64,000 nucleotides of DNA, taken from positions 401,435 through 465,434 of the forward strand of contig CAVPWE010000005.1 of the NCBI GenBank assembly GCA_963709485.1. The letters run 5' to 3'. How positions within the stretch are numbered: position 1 is the first letter of the stretch; every line of letters begins with the position of its first letter. Position numbers and translations under genes: made by a program. Of this stretch, positions 60,285 to 64,000 are shown piece after piece. Origin of the DNA: an uncultured delta proteobacterium. Its GTDB lineage: Bacteria > Desulfobacterota > Syntrophia > Syntrophales > Fen-1087. The notes under the pieces were generated by a model. The model did not search any database. It was not told the origin of the DNA and was given only the letters and a program-made list of their open reading frames with translations.

Positions 60285-62621
60285 CTACTCAAGGGGCGTG
60301 TTCTCAACAAGCACCCATATCCCGCAGGGGCAGGCCCCGACGCAGAAGCCGCAGCCGATGCACTTGTCGCCGTCCACGACATATTCATAGGCATCCCCTT
60401 CCAGTGCGCGCCGGGAGATGGCATTGCCCGGGCAGAGCGTCTCGCAGAGGCCGCAGTCCCGGCAGGCGCCGCAGGAGGCGCATTGCGTCGAGCAGACGCC
60501 GATGTCTCCCGTCGTTGCAAGGTGCGGATCGTAATACTCCAGGCGGATCCTCGCGGGCTCGATGACCGGGATCTGGTCGTAGCTGTCCTGCCTGCCTCTC
60601 AGGATGTCGTCGATGGCCCTTGCGGCGATTCGCCCGGCGCCGATGGCATCGGTCAGGAGGCCGGGCCGCACGGCGTCGCCGATGGCGAAAACCTGCGGAT
60701 CGCTGCTCTGATAGCGGTCGCTGACGGAGACAAACCCCTTTTCAAGGACAATATCCTCCGATAGAAAGCCGATATCCGGCGCATCGCCGACGGCCATGAT
60801 GACCGTATCGGCGGGAAGGAGCTCCCCGCTGGTCAGCAGCACGCCCTCTTCCGTGACGGCCCTGGTGGTTCGCGGCCAGAGAAAGCGTGCGCCCGCGGCC
60901 TCGGCATGTTTCCTTTCGATACCGAACGACGCCGGCTCCTGGATGTCCACAAGTGTAATTTCTCCGGCTCCCAGCCTGGCCGCTTCCGCGGCGGCGTCGC
61001 AGCCCACATTCCCGGCCCCGATGATCACGACGCGCGGACCCACTTGGATCCTGTCTTCCTTGCTCGCGCGCAGGAATTCGAGGGCGGGGAGCGCCCGCTC
61101 CCGGCCCGGCACCGGGATCATGCGGGGCTTCTGCGCCCCGGCGGCGATGACGACAAAGTCATGCCTGGCCTTGATTCTCTGAAAATCCTTACGGGTCGGG
61201 GATTTTTTCAGGAAAACCTGCTCAATCCTTTCCCGGACGCGGTTCAGCTCGTGGGCGACAATTGCATCGGGGATCCGTGTCTTCGGGATGCTGTCGGTGA
61301 TTTTTCCGCCCAGCCGCTCGCGGATCTCATAGATGACCGGAGAATGGCCCATCATCCAGAGCTGCCAGGCCACGGAGAGGCCCGCCGGACCCCCGCCGAT
61401 CACGCCCACGGTCTTGCCTGTTCCGGGCGCCGGCGCCGGCGCCGTCGCCTCCAGAGAAGCCCTTCCCAGGGCCGCCACGTCCAGCGAAGGGAAGGACGAG
61501 ATCTGCCGCGTGCAGCTCTGCATGCAGGGGTTCGGGCACAGATATCCGCAGACCGTTGCCGGAAAGGGGGTGTAGGTCAGGGCCAGGTTCACTGCCTCAT
61601 CCATGAGACCCTTGCGGATCAGGCTCCAGCGCTTCTGAACGGGAATGCCGGTGGGGCAGTGTGCCTGACAGGGGGGCTGATGCTTCTCGTTTTCCCAGAG
61701 GGGGATATAGCGGCGCAACGCGCCGGTGGCGATGACATCGATGGCATTCCTGGGGATATCCGTCAGGTCGCCGATCAGGCCGCCTTCGCCCAGTTCCCGG
61801 TCCCAGACATCCCTGCCGAACTCGCGCATCGTCCGCACGGGCTGCCCGATCTTCTCGTAAGGTTTCCGGGCTGCCAGGACCTGCCAGGCGCCGCGGTCCG
61901 AGGTCAGGACCGAATAGAGCTCCGTGCGCCCGATCGCCTTCAGGAACGGTTCCATGTTCGACCGGAGCCACTGCCATTCCCCGTCGTCGGGCACGGTCAG
62001 CTTTGCATCCTCCTCGCTGAAACCCTGATGGGGACCCCGGAAGAAGATCCTGCCCCCGACCATGCCGACGCAGGGGCGGTAACCCAGAACATTCTCGAAG
62101 CGGGGCGTGTCGTGACCGCAGACCACGGCAGTGCCCCCGGCCATGAATTCGGCGAAGGAATCGCCCGCGCTGCCCAGGACCCAGAGCTCCGGCGCGTCGA
62201 AGCGGGGGTTGTGCTTCGTCATGGTCATGCCGCGGGCGCCGATGTCGCCGGCTACGTAGATTTTCCCCTGAGCCATGGCGTTGCCGGCGCCGTTTGTGGC
62301 ATTGCCCCGAACGATGATGCGGGCGCCGGCGTTGAGCCAGCCGACATCGTCCGAGACGGGCCCGAAAACGTCAATGGACGTGCCGGGAAACCCCATCGCG
62401 CCGACACGCTGGCCGGAGGATCCGAGAATGCGGATCAGCAGCTCTTCCTTTTTTCTTGTCTTCCAGAGACGGCCGCCGATGCCGTGCTGGCCGTAGGCAT
62501 GGACCTCAATGCAGTGATGGCCGTCCTCGACGGCCTTCTGGATGGCGGCCTCAAGGTCCCGAGACTCCACCCGGACGCCCGTTTTCAGGCCGGTGATGAT
62601 GATGGACGGTTTGTACAGCAT
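60285..62621 (-). CDS. fusion of glutamate synthase GXGXG domain (GltB C-terminal domain), GltD-like FAD/NAD(P) oxidoreductase and C-terminal 2x[4Fe-4S] ferredoxin
   Basis: Start moved to ATG 62621 (GAAGGAG SD). GXGXG-domain region: RILGSSGQRVGAMG...VRGNATNGAGNAMAQGKIYVAGDIGARGM. GltD-type cluster motifs: CQAHCPTGIPV and CGYLCPNPCMQSC. Dinucleotide-binding motifs: VGVIGGGPAGLSVA and VVIIGAGNVGCDAA. C-terminal ferredoxin motifs: CASCGACRDCGLCETLCP and CIGCGFCVGACPCG. Confidence 0.85.
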   Translation of the reverse strand: MLYKPSIIITGLKTGVRVESRDLEAAIQKAVEDGHHCIEVHAYGQHGIGGRLWKTRKKEELLIRILGSSGQRVGAMGFPGTSIDVFGPVSDDVGWLNAGARIIVRGNATNGAGNAMAQGKIYVAGDIGARGMTMTKHNPRFDAPELWVLGSAGDSFAEFMAGGTAVVCGHDTPRFENVLGYRPCVGMVGGRIFFRGPHQGFSEEDAKLTVPDDGEWQWLRSNMEPFLKAIGRTELYSVLTSDRGAWQVLAARKPYEKIGQPVRTMREFGRDVWDRELGEGGLIGDLTDIPRNAIDVIATGALRRYIPLWENEKHQPPCQAHCPTGIPVQKRWSLIRKGLMDEAVNLALTYTPFPATVCGYLCPNPCMQSCTRQISSFPSLDVAALGRASLEATAPAPAPGTGKTVGVIGGGPAGLSVAWQLWMMGHSPVIYEIRERLGGKITDSIPKTRIPDAIVAHELNRVRERIEQVFLKKSPTRKDFQRIKARHDFVVIAAGAQKPRMIPVPGRERALPALEFLRASKEDRIQVGPRVVIIGAGNVGCDAAAEAARLGAGEITLVDIQEPASFGIERKHAEAAGARFLWPRTTRAVTEEGVLLTSGELLPADTVIMAVGDAPDIGFLSEDIVLEKGFVSVSDRYQSSDPQVFAIGDAVRPGLLTDAIGAGRIAARAIDDILRGRQDSYDQIPVIEPARIRLEYYDPHLATTGDIGVCSTQCASCGACRDCGLCETLCPGNAISRRALEGDAYEYVVDGDKCIGCGFCVGACPCGIWVLVENTPLE

Positions 62622-62635
62622 TCTCCAGGCTCCTT

Positions 62636-64000
62636 CTATATCACATGGCGGATCTGCAGCCGTTCGGCGGCGCGGCCGTCCGCAATACCCAGGGCGTCGG
62701 ACATGCCGATGGGCAGAGACGTGGAACGGCCCAGCGGCGCCAGGATCTTCTTCAGCTCCGTATCGAAGCTCAGATAGACATCCACAACACGCTGGGCAAC
62801 CATCTCCGGATCCAGGCGGCGGTACAGGCGCGCATCCTGGGAGGTGATGCCCTTGGGGCAGAGGCCCACGTTGCAGATGTTGCACCGGTCCGTCTCGGAA
62901 CCGAGGCACCCGGCGGCGGCCTGCATGATGTATTTTCCGATCTGGACGCCGCTGGCCCCGAGCATGATCAGCGCGGCGGCGTTGGCGGCCAGGTTGCCGT
63001 TCTTTCCGATCCCGCCGCCGGCAAAGAGCGGGATCTCGTTCTGTTTGCCGATCTTCACCAGGTTCAGGTAAGCGTCCCGGATGTTGCTGGCAATCGGGTG
63101 TCCCATGTGATTCATGGAAACGTTGTAGGCGGCGCCGGTCCCCCCGTCTTCCCCGTCAATGGCGAGCCCGGCCGCATAGGGATTCCGCGTCAGGTTGTTG
63201 AGGACGGCGAGGCTCGTACTCGTCGCGGAAATTTTCGGATAGACGGGGACCCGGAACCCCCAGGCCATGGACATGGACTGGATCATCTTTGCCACCGACT
63301 CTTCAATCGAGTACTTGGTCTGGTGCGTGGGGGGGCTGGGCAGGCTGACCCCGGCAGGAACCCCGCGGATGGCGGCGATCAGCTTGTTTACCTTGTACCA
63401 CATGAGAAGCCCCCCGTCGCCGGGTTTCGCCCCCTGTCCGTACTTGATTTCGATGGCGCAGGGATCCTCCTTCATCTCGGGCAGGGCATGGACGATTTCA
63501 TCCCATCCGAAATAGCCGCTGGCGATCTGGAGAATAACGTACTTCAGGAAACGGGACCGCAGCAGCCGGGGAGGACATCCGCCCTCTCCCGTGCAGATCC
63601 GCACGGGCATGCGCAATTCCTCGTTCAGGTAGGCCACGCCCATCTGCAGGCCCTCCCACATGTTGGGCGACAGGGCGCCGAAGGACATGCTGCCGATGAC
63701 AAGGGGATAGATCTCCCGGACCGGCGGAATCCAGCCGTGATCCCCGGTCGTTTTGACCAGTTCCTCCGCAGGAAGAATCCGGCCCAGCAGTGTCCGCAGC
63801 TCGAAGTCGTGACGGCCTGCATCCAGCGCCGGATCGGTGAGCATGGATATGCGGACGAATTTGATCTCGTCGAGGATGCTGCGGGGATCGTTGCGTCGCC
63901 CCCCCCTGCGGCGGGGCACGCCCCCCTGGTTGTTATGGAAACGCAGCTTGTCCGTTTCCGCGCTCCGGACCGGCCGGATGGCGCCGTTGGGGCAGACCAG
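62636..64000 (-). CDS. glutamate synthase FMN-binding (GltB central domain-like) subunit, 5' end outside window
   Basis: The reading frame stays open upstream of the track start (GTG 63919) to the window edge, reading LVCPNGAIRPV..., part of a ferredoxin-type CP motif. FMN-domain sequence includes PLVIGSMSFGALS, GEGG, KYGQGAKPGDGG and FAGGGI. Confidence 0.85.
   Translation of the reverse strand: MVCPNGAIRPVRSAETDKLRFHNNQGGVPRRRGGRRNDPRSILDEIKFVRISMLTDPALDAGRHDFELRTLLGRILPAEELVKTTGDHGWIPPVREIYPLVIGSMSFGALSPNMWEGLQMGVAYLNEELRMPVRICTGEGGCPPRLLRSRFLKYVILQIASGYFGWDEIVHALPEMKEDPCAIEIKYGQGAKPGDGGLLMWYKVNKLIAAIRGVPAGVSLPSPPTHQTKYSIEESVAKMIQSMSMAWGFRVPVYPKISATSTSLAVLNNLTRNPYAAGLAIDGEDGGTGAAYNVSMNHMGHPIASNIRDAYLNLVKIGKQNEIPLFAGGGIGKNGNLAANAAALIMLGASGVQIGKYIMQAAAGCLGSETDRCNICNVGLCPKGITSQDARLYRRLDPEMVAQRVVDVYLSFDTELKKILAPLGRSTSLPIGMSDALGIADGRAAERLQIRHVI

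Noticed and set aside
60221-60520. 100-codon N-terminal extension of glnA in the ORF track. Similar extensions occur on lpxA (28767..28934), the GOGAT fusion gene (62622..62909), purF (52802..52888), the SDR (11764..12027), the sugar transferase (12780..13037), the CPBP gene (43276..43437) and the second AlgJ-like gene (6018..6143).
   Set aside because: The extensions are Ala/Arg/Pro-rich, overlap the upstream gene, and precede internal starts. Those internal starts have good Shine-Dalgarno sequences and give the canonical family N-termini.

Overview
High-GC chromosomal segment from a diderm bacterium (lipid A, BamA and Lol genes are present); the lineage cannot be fixed without a database search. 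I see five blocks. (1) 1-16.5 kb, + strand: a surface-glycan locus. It has an O-acylation module (FN3-SGNH esterase, exported propeller-like protein, MBOAT, two AlgJ-like proteins), four GT2 glycosyltransferases (one frameshifted), an SDR / small phosphoglycosyltransferase / CapD-like dehydratase triad, and galE. (2) 16.5-36.6 kb, - strand: one long envelope gene train, lysS-lolCE-lolD-bamA-skp-lpxD-lpxA-gnnA-gnnB-lpxB-msbA-lpxK-lpxL-like-GT9-gmhB-GT9/SDR-trm112-like. Many junctions are ATGA/GTGA coupled. (3) 36.8-45.2 kb: mixed housekeeping genes (ssb, tatA, RodZ-like, suhB-like, three tandem hsp20, yjbQ, HD protein, UbiA prenyltransferase + CPBP protease, msrAB). (4) 45.2-51.3 kb: an accessory-looking block of exported proteins. 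These are a beta-propeller/Ig/FN3 protein broken by three +1 frameshifts, a CarboxypepD_reg-like protein, and a zinc phospholipase C / P1-nuclease-like protein. (5) 51.4-64 kb, - strand: seven consecutive glutamine-centred genes (split glutamate synthase, glnA, carA, guaA, carB, purF). By eye I found no rRNA, tRNA, CRISPR array, transposase or integrase. No obvious defence or toxin system is recognisable. The most unusual items are the elaborate O-acylation module with a shared orphan C-terminal domain, the GT9-SDR read-through ORF, the N-terminally extended BamA, the recurrent +1 frameshifts, and the PLC/P1-like exported protein block. All product calls rest on motifs read from the translations; no searches were run.
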